A stretch of 64,000 bases of DNA from a virus (taxonomy: Duplodnaviria > Caudoviricetes). The stretch is taken from positions 1 through 64,000 of the IMG/VR virus record IMGVR_UViG_2840619991_000006. One strand, written 5' to 3'. Below are positions 1 to 9,698 of the stretch, piece after piece. Position numbers and translations under genes: made by a program. A model generated the notes under the pieces. The model made no database searches. It was not told the origin of the DNA and worked only from the letters and a program-made list of their open reading frames with translations. Position 1 is the stretch's first letter; each line of letters begins with the position of its first letter.

Positions 1-183
1 TCAGGTCGCCTTCTTGGCCGGCGCCGCGGTGCAGGCGCCGGGGCGGACCCGGCGTTCCTTGCCGTCGTCGTCCTTGGTGACCAGGAAGGCGCCCTCGATG
101 GCGCTGACGGTGGCGGTCACGTTGTCCTTGGCCTTCGGGCCGGGCTTGAACGACACGCGGTCGCCCTTCTTGAAGTCGGCCAT
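1..183 (-). CDS. small basic SH3/KOW-like hypothetical protein (60 aa)
   Basis: MADFKKGDRVSFKPG... with an AGGAG RBS upstream; the longer 146-aa ORF call crosses an AT-rich intergenic region. Confidence 0.6.
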   Translation of the reverse strand: MADFKKGDRVSFKPGPKAKDNVTATVSAIEGAFLVTKDDDGKERRVRPGACTAAPAKKAT

Positions 184-420
184 GCTGCTCTCCTGTGCGC
201 TGATTGGTTCGGCGCCCAGGTGGGCGCGGATATCGCTGTCTCGTGAGCGAAGATATGAAATCGGGTGCGCAGCATCGTCAACCCGGTCATTATCTGGAAA
301 TTCAATTTCTAAAAATGAAAATCGCACGGATATTTTAAATTTTCGGGTCCTGTCCGTATAGGGCGGCAAGTTCATAGCTGTTAGACTTAGCCAGTTCAAT
401 CCACATGCTTGGCGCCGACG

Positions 421-1134
421 ATGCTGACCGACCTCGGCCAATCACCCAGCTCTGCTGGGGCACAGCCCCGCGTCTCCCCTGCCCTGTACATCGAGATCCG
501 CGACTGGCTGCTGGCCAACGATCCGGACGGGCCGGAGAACTACGAATGGGCGCAGACCATCACACCGCCGCAAACGGCGGAGCACCTTGCCGGCGACATC
601 ATCTGGATCATCCTCTGCGCGGGGCGCTCCGCCCAGGCGGCGAGGACGCTGGAAAAGCGGGTGTTCGCCGCGCTGCGCGCCGGCCAGCCGGCGGTGACGG
701 CGTTCGGATACCGTGCCAAAGCGGTCGCCATCGACCGAGCATGGCTGGAGCGGGATGCGGACTTCGCCGCGTTCCAGGCGGTCCATGCCAAGGGCGATGT
801 CGACGCGATACTGGAGTGGTGCGGCGCCATCCCTTTCGTCGGCAACATCACAAAGTTCCAGCTCGCCAAGAACGTCGGCTTTGACGTCTGCAAGCCGGAC
901 ATCTGGCTCGCCCGGCTGGCCGGACTGCCGGAGAAGACGCCTGCGGCACGGCTGTTCCCCGCCTGCCAATCCCTGTGCGCCGGGCTGGCGGCGGCAACGG
1001 GCGACCGGATCGCCACCGTGGATTCCGTCCTCTGGTTGGCCTGCAACAAGCAGCTCATGGAGATCGACGCGGCGGGCGTGCGGTTCGTGCCGCGGGCAGG
1101 TGCGCGGCGGTCGATCTTCGAGGCGGCGGAGTAG
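421..1134 (+). CDS. helix-hairpin-helix (HhH-GPD glycosylase-like) protein
   Basis: IPFVGNITKFQLAKNVGFDVCKPDIWLARL resembles an HhH motif with Lys and a downstream PD; first gene of an operon with Mom. Confidence 0.55.
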   Translation: MLTDLGQSPSSAGAQPRVSPALYIEIRDWLLANDPDGPENYEWAQTITPPQTAEHLAGDIIWIILCAGRSAQAARTLEKRVFAALRAGQPAVTAFGYRAKAVAIDRAWLERDADFAAFQAVHAKGDVDAILEWCGAIPFVGNITKFQLAKNVGFDVCKPDIWLARLAGLPEKTPAARLFPACQSLCAGLAAATGDRIATVDSVLWLACNKQLMEIDAAGVRFVPRAGARRSIFEAAE

Positions 1135-1140
1135 GTGACC

Positions 1141-2061
1141 ATGAACGTCCGCCTGCCGCACGGCGACACCCCCCTGTCCGCCATCTTCGACAAACGCTGG
1201 CAGAACCGCCATGAGCGCTGGGCGCCGCCGGAGAGCCGCGACCTGTTCCGGCCCGCCGAGTTCGGAGTGGACATCACCGAGGAACGGAATGCCCGCGATC
1301 TGGTTTGCCAGCACCACTACAGCGGCAGTTTCCCTGCGGCGCGGCTTTCGATCGGCCTCTATCGCAAGACCGGCGTCGCTCCGGCCGCACTGGTCGGGGT
1401 TGCCGTCTTCAGCGTGCCGATGCAGGGAGCCGCGATCACGCGCTACACCGGGTTGCCGCCGACGAACGGCGTCGAACTGGGCCGGTTCGTCTGCACTCCG
1501 GAGGTGGCCTTCAACGGCGAAACGTGGTTCCTGCGGCGCGCATTGCCGATCCTGCGCGCCGAGAAGGGTGTCGCCGCGGTGCTTTCCTACGCCGACCCGA
1601 TGGAGCGGACCACGGCCGGAGGCGAACTCACGAAGCCCGCCCATGTCGGCCAGATCTATCAGGCCCACAACGCCACCTTTGCCGGCCGCGCCGCCGCGCG
1701 TTGGCTCTGGATCGACCGCAATGGTCAGGTGGTGAGCCCGCGGGCGCTATCGAAGATCCGGTTGCAGGAGCGCGGGCACGCCTATGCCGAGCGCCAGATC
1801 ATGGCAGCTGGCGTAGACGCGCGGCGCCCAGGTGAAGAGCCTGCTGACTGGCTGCGGCGCGTGCTGCGCGAGCCGACATTTCGGCGCGTAAAGCACCCAG
1901 GCAACTTCGCCTATGCGTTCGGCCTCACCAGGGAAGCCAGGGCGACCATCAAGCTCGCCAACCCAACTCCCCTGCCCTTTCCGCGCCTTCGCCATGTCGC
2001 CCGTCAGCAGCCGGCGGCAAGCAGCGGCGTCACCGGTGACCTGTTCGGAGAAGCCGCATGA
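1141..2061 (+). CDS. mom: Mom-family (GNAT fold) adenine-modification protein
   Basis: Motifs HHYSG, GVAVFS, ELGRF, ETWFL, VLSYADP and GQIYQA.N typical of Mu Mom-like proteins. Confidence 0.8.
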   Translation: MNVRLPHGDTPLSAIFDKRWQNRHERWAPPESRDLFRPAEFGVDITEERNARDLVCQHHYSGSFPAARLSIGLYRKTGVAPAALVGVAVFSVPMQGAAITRYTGLPPTNGVELGRFVCTPEVAFNGETWFLRRALPILRAEKGVAAVLSYADPMERTTAGGELTKPAHVGQIYQAHNATFAGRAAARWLWIDRNGQVVSPRALSKIRLQERGHAYAERQIMAAGVDARRPGEEPADWLRRVLREPTFRRVKHPGNFAYAFGLTREARATIKLANPTPLPFPRLRHVARQQPAASSGVTGDLFGEAA

Positions 2062-2564
2062 AGATCCTCTTCCTCGACATCGACGGCCCCATGATCCCGC
2101 TCCGCGCCGTAATCACCCCAGGCCGCAGCGGCCCGCAGCGCCAGCGCTTCGACCCTTTCGCCGTCGGCATGGTGCTGCGCCTTCTCCACCTCGCCCCGGC
2201 CCGGCTGGTCATCTCCTCCACATGGCAGGAGGTCGGGCGCTCCGGGATGGAGGGCCTGCTGCTCTGGAACGGGATCGACCCAGCGTTCTTGCATGAGGAG
2301 TGGTGCACCCAACTCCATGGCGCGCTGGAGACCAGGACAGAGGAAATCCAGGCATGGCTGTCCCGCCACCCGGAGTGCACCGCCTACGCCTCGCTGGATG
2401 ACGACCCGCTCGACCTGCCGGGCGCGGTGACCGTCACCTTTGAGAACGGCTTGCTGATCGAGCATCTGAAGGCGGCAGGCGCGCTTCTGGGGATCGAATC
2501 GACCCGGCTGCTTCACGCCCGATTCACGGCTCCGATGCAGGAGGTGGCCGATGCCACAGCCTGA
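2058..2564 (+). CDS. HAD-superfamily phosphatase (HAD_SAK_2-like)
   Basis: ILFLDIDG, VISSTW and LDDD motifs; ATGA overlap with mom. Confidence 0.75.
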   Translation: MKILFLDIDGPMIPLRAVITPGRSGPQRQRFDPFAVGMVLRLLHLAPARLVISSTWQEVGRSGMEGLLLWNGIDPAFLHEEWCTQLHGALETRTEEIQAWLSRHPECTAYASLDDDPLDLPGAVTVTFENGLLIEHLKAAGALLGIESTRLLHARFTAPMQEVADATA

Positions 2565-2982
2565 TTCCTCATGCCCGGTCGCATGCGCCGAATCCGCCTT
2601 CGACGAGACGATGGCGGAAACCGGCAGCACGCGCGCCGCGGTAGTCGCGGCAATCCAGGCCTACCAGTTCGCCGAGGCCACGCTGCAGGAAGCCGACACA
2701 AGCGCAGCGGTCGAAGACATCCAGGTCCCAACCCTGGAAGACGCCGAAGCCCTGTGGTCCTGCCTTTCCGTTATCCGCACCGTGATGGCTACGGAGCACG
2801 ACATCTCCTCCGCCATGTTCGCCACGATCTGCCTGGAGGAGGCCGTCTCGGTACTTGCGGAGACCACGGCGCCCCATCTCATCGCCGCGCATCTCCGCGA
2901 CATCATCCTGCGGGTGCATGCCGGCGAATTCGACCCCTCCGACATCGCCAACATGCAGCCGCCCTCGGCTGCGAGGAACTGA
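2551..2982 (+). CDS. hypothetical protein
   Basis: Coupled ORF in operon, GGAGG RBS. Confidence 0.5.
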   Translation: MPQPDSSCPVACAESAFDETMAETGSTRAAVVAAIQAYQFAEATLQEADTSAAVEDIQVPTLEDAEALWSCLSVIRTVMATEHDISSAMFATICLEEAVSVLAETTAPHLIAAHLRDIILRVHAGEFDPSDIANMQPPSAARN

Positions 2983-2984
2983 CC

Positions 2985-3512
2985 ATGACCGAACCCAAGT
3001 TCGTGCGCCGCTACGTGAAGCGCTACGACGAGCCGGACGAGTACACCTGCGACGTGGTGTGGACCGACCGGAAAACCGGACGAGAGGTCCTGTCGTACGA
3101 CGGTGGAGACCCAGCAAGCACGAACCCCGCCTACGGCGGCAAGTCCGATGCGGACCGGTTCAAGAAGATGGGCCTGGACATCTTCGCCGAGATCCTCGTC
3201 GAGGATTCCAAGCTGCCCGTTGAGCCGGGAGAAGTTGAGCGCTGTACCGCCGCCCGTGCCGCCCGTGAACAGCGGGAACGCGAGGAAGCTGAGGCTGTCG
3301 ACCTGCTCGACTTCCTCGGCGCTGATGCCGCGACCTTCGTGTTCGAGGAATGGGAGGATGGCGAAGACCAGATCCTCCGTCCGGCGCTGGAACGGCGCGG
3401 GTTCACTGACATCAGTTTCTCGATGGGCGAGCAGGACAGCTTCGGCCCGCTGTCGCGTTGGTGCGTCACCACCGACGGCGACGGTGAGCGCCGCCGCTTC
3501 ATCTACGGCTGA
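2985..3512 (+). CDS. acidic hypothetical protein
   Basis: GAGGA RBS, GC3-biased codons. Confidence 0.6.
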   Translation: MTEPKFVRRYVKRYDEPDEYTCDVVWTDRKTGREVLSYDGGDPASTNPAYGGKSDADRFKKMGLDIFAEILVEDSKLPVEPGEVERCTAARAAREQREREEAEAVDLLDFLGADAATFVFEEWEDGEDQILRPALERRGFTDISFSMGEQDSFGPLSRWCVTTDGDGERRRFIYG

Positions 3513-3522
3513 GGAACCGGAA

Positions 3523-4353
3523 ATGCCCCGCATCGCTCCCCAACACGCCAATGATCCCTGGCGCCCTCTCCGCGCATGGCCCGACACCTGCCTGGTGCAG
3601 TGGGGCGGCAAGGGCGTCGTCCTCTCCGAATCCGGCTCCTACGGCACAGCGTTCTTCGAGGCCTTTCCCAACGACGGCAGCGGCGGTTACCTGCGCGGTG
3701 AAGGGAAGACCGTCGAGGAGGCGGAAGCCGATTGCTTCAGCCAGTGGCAGCGCCAGCACGCCTGCCACACGACCGGCGGCCACCGGTGGACGCGGGCGCG
3801 CCGGCTGAAGCCACGCGATGATCCGCGAGACGACGGCGCCGGTTCCGGCTCGCACAGTCGCCGCGGGCGACGGCTGGGCGCTCGGGTCCACACCTACACC
3901 AACGGCGGCTGTTTCTGCCTGAAGTGCGGCGCCTTCGCGACGGCGATGGCGGAGGTGGTGGAACTGGGAGCCTGGAAGGCGCCGTTCTCCGTCTCCGAGC
4001 TGGAGACGATCGCGGACGGCGGGCTACGGCAGGAGCCCTGGGAGCGCCGCGACCCGGTGCGCTGGGCGAAGTATCGTCGCCGCCTCGCGCTCCGCGCCAA
4101 ACTGCACGGGCTGAAGCTGCCCGATCCGAACCACCCCGCACACGCGCTTGCACCTGATGCCGACCCGTTCGAGGACGACGTCTATTGCATGGCCTGCCGT
4201 GAAGCAGTGGTCCGCTTCTACGCGAAGGAACACCTGCGGCTCCGTGACGAAGCCAGCGCGCAGGGCGCCAGCATAGGTGGCTTCTTCGACGGGCTCCACC
4301 TCGCCTCATTCCACCGTGACGCCGTGAGCATGGGCCTGCTGCCGGCGGAGTGA
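3523..4353 (+). CDS. hypothetical protein with Cys/His cluster
   Basis: GAGGA RBS; C..GGH..CFCLKC. Confidence 0.6.
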   Translation: MPRIAPQHANDPWRPLRAWPDTCLVQWGGKGVVLSESGSYGTAFFEAFPNDGSGGYLRGEGKTVEEAEADCFSQWQRQHACHTTGGHRWTRARRLKPRDDPRDDGAGSGSHSRRGRRLGARVHTYTNGGCFCLKCGAFATAMAEVVELGAWKAPFSVSELETIADGGLRQEPWERRDPVRWAKYRRRLALRAKLHGLKLPDPNHPAHALAPDADPFEDDVYCMACREAVVRFYAKEHLRLRDEASAQGASIGGFFDGLHLASFHRDAVSMGLLPAE

Positions 4354-4396
4354 CCGCCCTTCCAAGCCCTGGCTCATGATCAGCACAGGAAACGAC

Positions 4397-5209
4397 ATGC
4401 CCCAATTCATCACTGAAGATGCGCTTCCGGCGGCCACAGCCGCTGATGACGGCCCCGCCGCCCTTGTGAGCCCCGCGCCACTCCCCATGCTGCTGTTCTG
4501 TCCACGCTGCGGCCTTCAGCATATCGACGCGCCGGACGAGAGGGCCGGCTGGACCAACCCGCCTCATCGCTCGCACCTCTGTGCAGGTTGCGGCTGCGTC
4601 TGGCGGCCGGCCGACGTACCGACCAGCGGTGTGCTGGCCATCGCCACTTCGGGAAAGGCGGACAACTGGAAGGGCGCCGAGGCCGTCGCTGCGGCAGAGG
4701 CGAAGCTGCTCCAAGTTTTCAAGGACATCATGACGCTTGCCGGTGCTGCCCGCGAAGACGCCGCACAGCTTCCCGGAGTGACCGACATCCTGATCGGTAA
4801 AATCGCAGGCCTGTCGCGCGCTGCCTCCATCGTCGCATCAGCGATGGACGATCCCGCGGAATGCAGCATTCAGGTTGGCGCCTTCAGGGAAGCGTCAATG
4901 CATCCTGGCGCGCTTGATCCGCTCCAGGTGGTTGAGCAGGTCGGCCAAGTCGTCGGCGTCCTCTATGCTGAGCGAGGACATCTCCCGGTCCCCGACGCGG
5001 GCGACGTCGCCGGTCGTGGTGTCGATGACCATCCAGCCATTTCCGGCGGGATTGGGGGCGATGTCGTAGATCGCGTTCATGAGCCAAGATTGGTTCTCGT
5101 CGGCAGTCCACGCCATTGCGGGGAGGGGGTAAACCGGAGCGCAACCGGACAGGCCCCTTTGACGGCCGACGAGAGCGCCCTCACCGTGCCGACGGGAGAC
5201 CGGCCATGA
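4397..5209 (+). CDS. phage zinc-binding hypothetical protein (C-terminal part doubtful)
   Basis: LFCPRCGLQHID...PPHRSHLCAGCG; 3' third overlaps an antisense ORF. Confidence 0.5.
   Translation: MPQFITEDALPAATAADDGPAALVSPAPLPMLLFCPRCGLQHIDAPDERAGWTNPPHRSHLCAGCGCVWRPADVPTSGVLAIATSGKADNWKGAEAVAAAEAKLLQVFKDIMTLAGAAREDAAQLPGVTDILIGKIAGLSRAASIVASAMDDPAECSIQVGAFREASMHPGALDPLQVVEQVGQVVGVLYAERGHLPVPDAGDVAGRGVDDHPAISGGIGGDVVDRVHEPRLVLVGSPRHCGEGVNRSATGQAPLTADESALTVPTGDRP
4895..5080 (-). CDS. small conserved-type alphaproteobacterial hypothetical protein
   Basis: MNAIYDI...GWMVIDTTTG...EDADDLADLLN pattern is protein-like; embedded antisense in the upstream ORF. Confidence 0.45.
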   Translation of the reverse strand: MNAIYDIAPNPAGNGWMVIDTTTGDVARVGDREMSSLSIEDADDLADLLNHLERIKRARMH

Positions 5210-5706
5210 AGACGATCTCCCTCTGGCAGCCGCACGGCTCCCTGCTGTTCATCATCGACCCCGCCACCGGTCGCCCCTTCAAGCTGCACGAGACGCGCCA
5301 TTGGGCGCCGCCGGCCCGGCTGATCGGCCAGCGCATCGGCATCCACGCCGCGAAGAACAAGGCGGACCTGGAGGGGGTGCAGGCCTACATCCGTGACCGG
5401 GACGCCGGGGGACCTGAGTTCGCCTGTGACGAAGCGTTCCGTGTCGCGCTGCGCCGGCGGTTCGAGAAGCTGGTCGACATCCCACGCGGCTGCCTGCTCG
5501 GCACCGCCGTGCTGGTTGCCGCGCACCGCACGGAATCCCGTCCGATGGCGGAATGGGGACATTTCGGCGACTTCTCCCCGGGCCGCTGGGCTTGGGAGCT
5601 GGGAGAGGTCCGCGCCCTTCCGGAGCCGGTTCCGTGGCGCGGGGCGCAGGGCTTCTTTGACGTGCCGGACGAGGCGTTCGCCACCGCCGTCGGAATTGCA
5701 GCATGA
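5206..5706 (+). CDS. ASCH domain protein
   Basis: ISLWQP, K.HETR.W, IGIHAAK, RGCLLG and RGAQGFF are ASCH signatures. Confidence 0.8.
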   Translation: MKTISLWQPHGSLLFIIDPATGRPFKLHETRHWAPPARLIGQRIGIHAAKNKADLEGVQAYIRDRDAGGPEFACDEAFRVALRRRFEKLVDIPRGCLLGTAVLVAAHRTESRPMAEWGHFGDFSPGRWAWELGEVRALPEPVPWRGAQGFFDVPDEAFATAVGIAA

Positions 5707-5930
5707 GCCGCCCCAGCCTTCCGATCACAGAGGCCGAGGCGCGTCGCCCCGATCCCGCCGTTGAAGCCGCCGCACTGGCGCTGGTCAAGGCTATGGCCGA
5801 GGCCGGCCTTGCTGGCGAGTTCCTCGACATCACCGCCGTGTTGACCCCGCGGGAGGGCGGCGTCTGCCGCCGGGTGCGCGCCGGCATCTCGGTGGTGATC
5901 GGCGATCCGGAGGAGTTCGAGGATGCCTGA
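5703..5930 (+). CDS. hypothetical protein
   Basis: ATGA-coupled ORF. Confidence 0.45.
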   Translation: MSRPSLPITEAEARRPDPAVEAAALALVKAMAEAGLAGEFLDITAVLTPREGGVCRRVRAGISVVIGDPEEFEDA

Positions 5931-6213
5931 TCCGGTCACCACCATCACCGCGGTGCTGCGCGCCGTGCTCCCGCCGGGCGTCTCGCCCTCCTTCCGCCGC
6001 GTCGTGTCTGCCCGTTTTGACGGCGCCGGCCAACGGCGAACCGTTGTTGCTGACCTGGAGATGGTGGACGGCCTCACCGCAACGATCGAGGCGTGGCGCT
6101 ACGCGCCGGGCGGCTGGGCGCATCGGTGGCGCGACATGGTCGGCGGGCCGATCTTCTGGGATGGCCGGCGCTGGGTGCGGGAGGAGCCGCAGCCACGGCT
6201 TCCCGGGCTCTGA
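5923..6213 (+). CDS. hypothetical protein
   Basis: Coupled ORF, GAGG RBS. Confidence 0.45.
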   Translation: MPDPVTTITAVLRAVLPPGVSPSFRRVVSARFDGAGQRRTVVADLEMVDGLTATIEAWRYAPGGWAHRWRDMVGGPIFWDGRRWVREEPQPRLPGL

Positions 6214-6845
6214 TGATGCACAACACTAGCTCTCTGCTGACCTGCGGCATCTACAGCGTGCCCGAGGCGTCGCGCCTCACCGGCGTGTCCACAGGTCGCA
6301 TCCGCCGCTGGGCAACCGCAGCAGGCCAGCCGCTGTGGACGCCGGCCCTTCCGGATCAGGACGGGAAGTCCGCCATCACCTTCCACGAGATGCTGGAAGC
6401 GGCCGCGGTGGCATTGCTTCTCGACGGGGCCGGCCACACCCTTGCGGGGTTTCGGGACCTCCATGCAGCGGTTCCTTCAGCACACCGATTCCCACTGCTG
6501 AACAGCAACGTGGTTCTGTCCGACTCGCTCGGATCGCCGCTCCGCCCTCTCCTCGATCAGCTCGACTACCGCCCCGGCGCCGCCCTGCCCCACCGCTGGT
6601 GGCCCACAGGGCGGGATGCGTTCATCGTGCTCGACCCCGCCCGCTCCTTCGGTGAGCCCGTGCTGGATCGCACAGGCACGCCGACACGCGCCATTGCGGC
6701 ACCGATCCTCGCCGGGAACGAGACGGCGAAAAGCTCCGCCTCCTGCTGGGAGGCCAGCATTCAAGAGGTCGAAGCCGCAGTCTATTTCGAGCGCAGGCTG
6801 GGCTGTGGCGTCGGCTTCTTTTCCCTTCAACGAGGTTCACCATGA
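6213..6845 (+). CDS. HTH + DUF433 domain protein (antitoxin-like)
   Basis: YSVPEASRLTGVSTGRIRRW HTH; IVLDPARSFGEPVL..TGTPT DUF433 motif. Confidence 0.7.
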   Translation: MMHNTSSLLTCGIYSVPEASRLTGVSTGRIRRWATAAGQPLWTPALPDQDGKSAITFHEMLEAAAVALLLDGAGHTLAGFRDLHAAVPSAHRFPLLNSNVVLSDSLGSPLRPLLDQLDYRPGAALPHRWWPTGRDAFIVLDPARSFGEPVLDRTGTPTRAIAAPILAGNETAKSSASCWEASIQEVEAAVYFERRLGCGVGFFSLQRGSP

Positions 6846-7042
6846 CCCTGGACGACATCAGCGACGCCAGCCACGGCGAGCGCATGGCGCACTTCCTCCA
6901 CCAGACCTGCGGGAAGACCGGCAGCAGCCCGGACCTAACCCCGGCCGAGGTGGATCACGCCTGGCGCTGCGCCACCGAGGAGATGCTGAACGAGGCCCAC
7001 TGCATGCTCCGGCACCTGACCGGCGTCACGCCCAGCGTATAG
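6842..7042 (+). CDS. hypothetical protein
   Basis: Coupled ORF with GAGG RBS. Confidence 0.45.
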   Translation: MTLDDISDASHGERMAHFLHQTCGKTGSSPDLTPAEVDHAWRCATEEMLNEAHCMLRHLTGVTPSV

Positions 7043-7053
7043 GAAGGAAGCCC

Positions 7054-7911
7054 GTGAAGCTGATCCTCTCCCGCAAGGGCTTCGACTCCTCGGCAGGCGG
7101 CGTTCCCTCCCCGATCTTCCCGGACGGCTCGATGGTCTCGCTGCCGATCCCGAGCCGTGATCCGGTGACCTATTCCCAGATCCGGTGGAAGGACACCAAC
7201 CTGGGCGAGATCGCCGCGGCGCTCACCGGGCGCCCGCTGTTCCGCCGCATCCCAGCCCACCTCGATCCGGACCTCGCGCTCGACGCTCGTCCGCGCCTTT
7301 CCGGCTGGCGTCCCGCATTCGGCCAGACCGGCGCCGCGCAGACGCATCTCGCCAACCAGGGGGTCGGTATCGGCGACTTGTTCCTGTTCTTCGGCTGGTT
7401 CAGGGAGGTGGAGGAAGACGGCGCCGGGGGATGGCGCTGCCGCCGCGGCGCGCCCGATATCCACGCCCTGTTCGGCTGGCTCCAGGTCGGGGAGCTGCTA
7501 CGGCTTGGCCCCGACAGTGCCGCGCTGCGCGCCAGCCGTCCGGAGTTCGCCGAGCATCCACATTTCAATGGCCGCTGGGACGCCTCCAACACCGTCTACG
7601 TCGCGACGGAGCGGCTGGTGATCGACGGGCAGGATCTGGTCGTGCCGGGCGGCGGAACGTTCCCGCGCTTCCACCCTGGGCTCCAGCTCACCAAGCCGGG
7701 GGAGAACCGGGGAACGTGGTCCCTGCCGAGCTGGTTCCTGCCAGCGGGCGGGCCGGCGCTGTCCTACCACGCCGACCCGGCCCGGTGGACGCGGGATGGG
7801 GAGCGGTGCATGGTGAGGACGGTTGGGCGAGGGCAAGAGTTCGTGCTGTATACAGCTCCTCATCGCCAACTAACGCAGTGGCTCCTTGGAGCATTTTGTG
7901 ATATGGCTTAA
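7054..7911 (+). CDS. Nmad3 (nucleotide modification associated domain 3) family protein
   Basis: KLILSRKGFDS, SLPIP, HLDPD, FGQ and GDLFLFFGWF motifs; GTG start with AGGAAG RBS. Confidence 0.7.
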   Translation: MKLILSRKGFDSSAGGVPSPIFPDGSMVSLPIPSRDPVTYSQIRWKDTNLGEIAAALTGRPLFRRIPAHLDPDLALDARPRLSGWRPAFGQTGAAQTHLANQGVGIGDLFLFFGWFREVEEDGAGGWRCRRGAPDIHALFGWLQVGELLRLGPDSAALRASRPEFAEHPHFNGRWDASNTVYVATERLVIDGQDLVVPGGGTFPRFHPGLQLTKPGENRGTWSLPSWFLPAGGPALSYHADPARWTRDGERCMVRTVGRGQEFVLYTAPHRQLTQWLLGAFCDMA

Positions 7912-7939
7912 ACACATTATTCTGCATGTATGGAGACTG

Positions 7940-8488
7940 ATGGCGATGCTGTGGAAGATGATTGACTTATCTGACGAAGAGCGTGAGGTTTTGGACCACA
8001 TAAAATTCAACTTTGATGACCTTGACGGCTTCGATGATGTCCAGCGGAACGGCGAGGCTGTCCTTAAACTCATTGGCATGCTCGTGGAGCGAGAGGCGAT
8101 CCCTGAACATCGGGTCCGCTACTTCGTTGATCCCGATTACAATATTGGCGGGCGCGGCAGATCCAAAAAACAGGGCTTTGAACGGAACGGATGTACTGGA
8201 AATGACATATATACACACGTCCATTTTTTGAAATACCTTAAATATTTCATTTATGGTGCTGACCTTCCGCCTGCTATTATTGATAAGTTTTCGGACAAAG
8301 TTGCAAGTTGTGGAAGGGTATCTTCCGGGGACGTTGTGCCGCTGGGCGCTTTCGCAAGACAATTGGCACGCAGCAGTCGTCTTGAATTCTCTGCCGCATC
8401 CGAAGAGTTTTATAAACTTGCCTTGGACTGCGGTTTAAGTCAATCCTATGCAAGCTCAATCCGCAATTCTGTTAAGCAGGGCCGCTGA
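7940..8488 (+). CDS. low-GC hypothetical protein
   Basis: Long ORF in an abruptly AT-richer segment. Confidence 0.55.
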   Translation: MAMLWKMIDLSDEEREVLDHIKFNFDDLDGFDDVQRNGEAVLKLIGMLVEREAIPEHRVRYFVDPDYNIGGRGRSKKQGFERNGCTGNDIYTHVHFLKYLKYFIYGADLPPAIIDKFSDKVASCGRVSSGDVVPLGAFARQLARSSRLEFSAASEEFYKLALDCGLSQSYASSIRNSVKQGR

Positions 8489-8548
8489 TTGAGCTACGCT
8501 TCTATAACAATTATATGCTGGGTGTTAATCGGTATCGCTTGATAATTA

Positions 8549-9301
8549 TCAAATATTATTGTCTCCAAGGCTATCCATCAGAAACGACGCAATCTCCGCT
8601 CCCTCCTGCCATCTCGGCAGATAATGGTCTGTATTAGGAAAGATCACCAGTTTCGAAGGACAACCGCATTGACTTAGCCTCTCGTGCAAATCAACGGCTG
8701 TCTTTACACTCGCGCGGTCATCCATATCGCCGTGCAGGATGAGGGACGGCGTTTTGATTTTCTCGACGTGATACAGCGCTGAGCGTTCTATCCCGGCCTC
8801 TTCAGTCCCGCCGGATTCTTCAACGAATGCAGTGTGAATGCCCTTTATGAGAAAGGTGCTTTCATCAACCAAGTCATAGGAGCCTGCCGACAGAACAAGC
8901 GCCCGCAGGGACGGCTCGGCGGTGGCCACCATGGCCGAAACGACCGCTCCACGACTCCAGCCGCACAATGCGATCCGGCTGGAGTCCACGCCCGGCATAG
9001 TGCGAAGGTGCGCCAGCCCTGCCCGAACTGCTGCCTGAGACCGCGGCCCGCAGAAATCCAGTTGACCGTCGGTATCTCCATAGCCGGGCATTGACACAGC
9101 CGCCGCGACATAGCCCATGGCGAGAACCGAACGAAAGATGCCGGCACGGACCATCACTTCGGCGCCTGGGCGGGGTTCATCCTGATGACCATGCATGAGC
9201 ATGACGGCCGGCCGGCACCCGTCACCGGGCGGACTCTCGACGATGAGTTCCACCTTGGAGCCGCCCAGGTCGGTCGGGGTGAGGAAAATCCGTTCGTGCA
9301 T
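8549..9301 (-). CDS. alpha/beta hydrolase (S9 peptidase/esterase-like)
   Basis: GWSRG nucleophile elbow, HG..DD, DH catalytic triad. Confidence 0.85.
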   Translation of the reverse strand: MHERIFLTPTDLGGSKVELIVESPPGDGCRPAVMLMHGHQDEPRPGAEVMVRAGIFRSVLAMGYVAAAVSMPGYGDTDGQLDFCGPRSQAAVRAGLAHLRTMPGVDSSRIALCGWSRGAVVSAMVATAEPSLRALVLSAGSYDLVDESTFLIKGIHTAFVEESGGTEEAGIERSALYHVEKIKTPSLILHGDMDDRASVKTAVDLHERLSQCGCPSKLVIFPNTDHYLPRWQEGAEIASFLMDSLGDNNI

Positions 9302-9306
9302 GCCGC

Positions 9307-9657
9307 CTACTTCACCACTGATCCGGACAGGTGCGAAACCACCTCTGCCCTGACCTCGCTTTTCTGATCATCCGGCAGCAAGGCGTAGGCGCGGAGCAAC
9401 CGCGCAATCCCGATCCGGTCTCTCCCAACATCAGGTTCCGGTGCAAGCACCTCCGCCCGCTGCTCGGGCAGCAGACGCTCAAGGCACGCCACCAGGACGT
9501 CCACGACCGGGTCCACTTCCCTCCGGCCATGCCACCATGCCGCGACCGTTGAAACGTCGCTCCCATGATTCAGCGCGGCGCGGAGCGCCGTTTGGTTCAA
9601 CCCGGCAGCCTCCAGCCGCCGGGCGAAATCTGTCTCTGCGCGTGATGTTCGTCCCAT
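9307..9657 (-). CDS. XRE-like HTH regulator
   Basis: GLNQTALRAAL...STVAAWWHG.R HTH pattern; divergent from an operator-containing promoter. Confidence 0.6.
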   Translation of the reverse strand: MGRTSRAETDFARRLEAAGLNQTALRAALNHGSDVSTVAAWWHGRREVDPVVDVLVACLERLLPEQRAEVLAPEPDVGRDRIGIARLLRAYALLPDDQKSEVRAEVVSHLSGSVVK

Positions 9658-9698
9658 GGGCTGAGGGTAGGTGGGCGCCGAGCGGCGGTCAAACTTTT

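Noticed and set aside
6213-7042. Complete toxin-antitoxin pair
   Set aside because: The downstream 66-aa ORF lacks PIN or other recognisable toxin motifs
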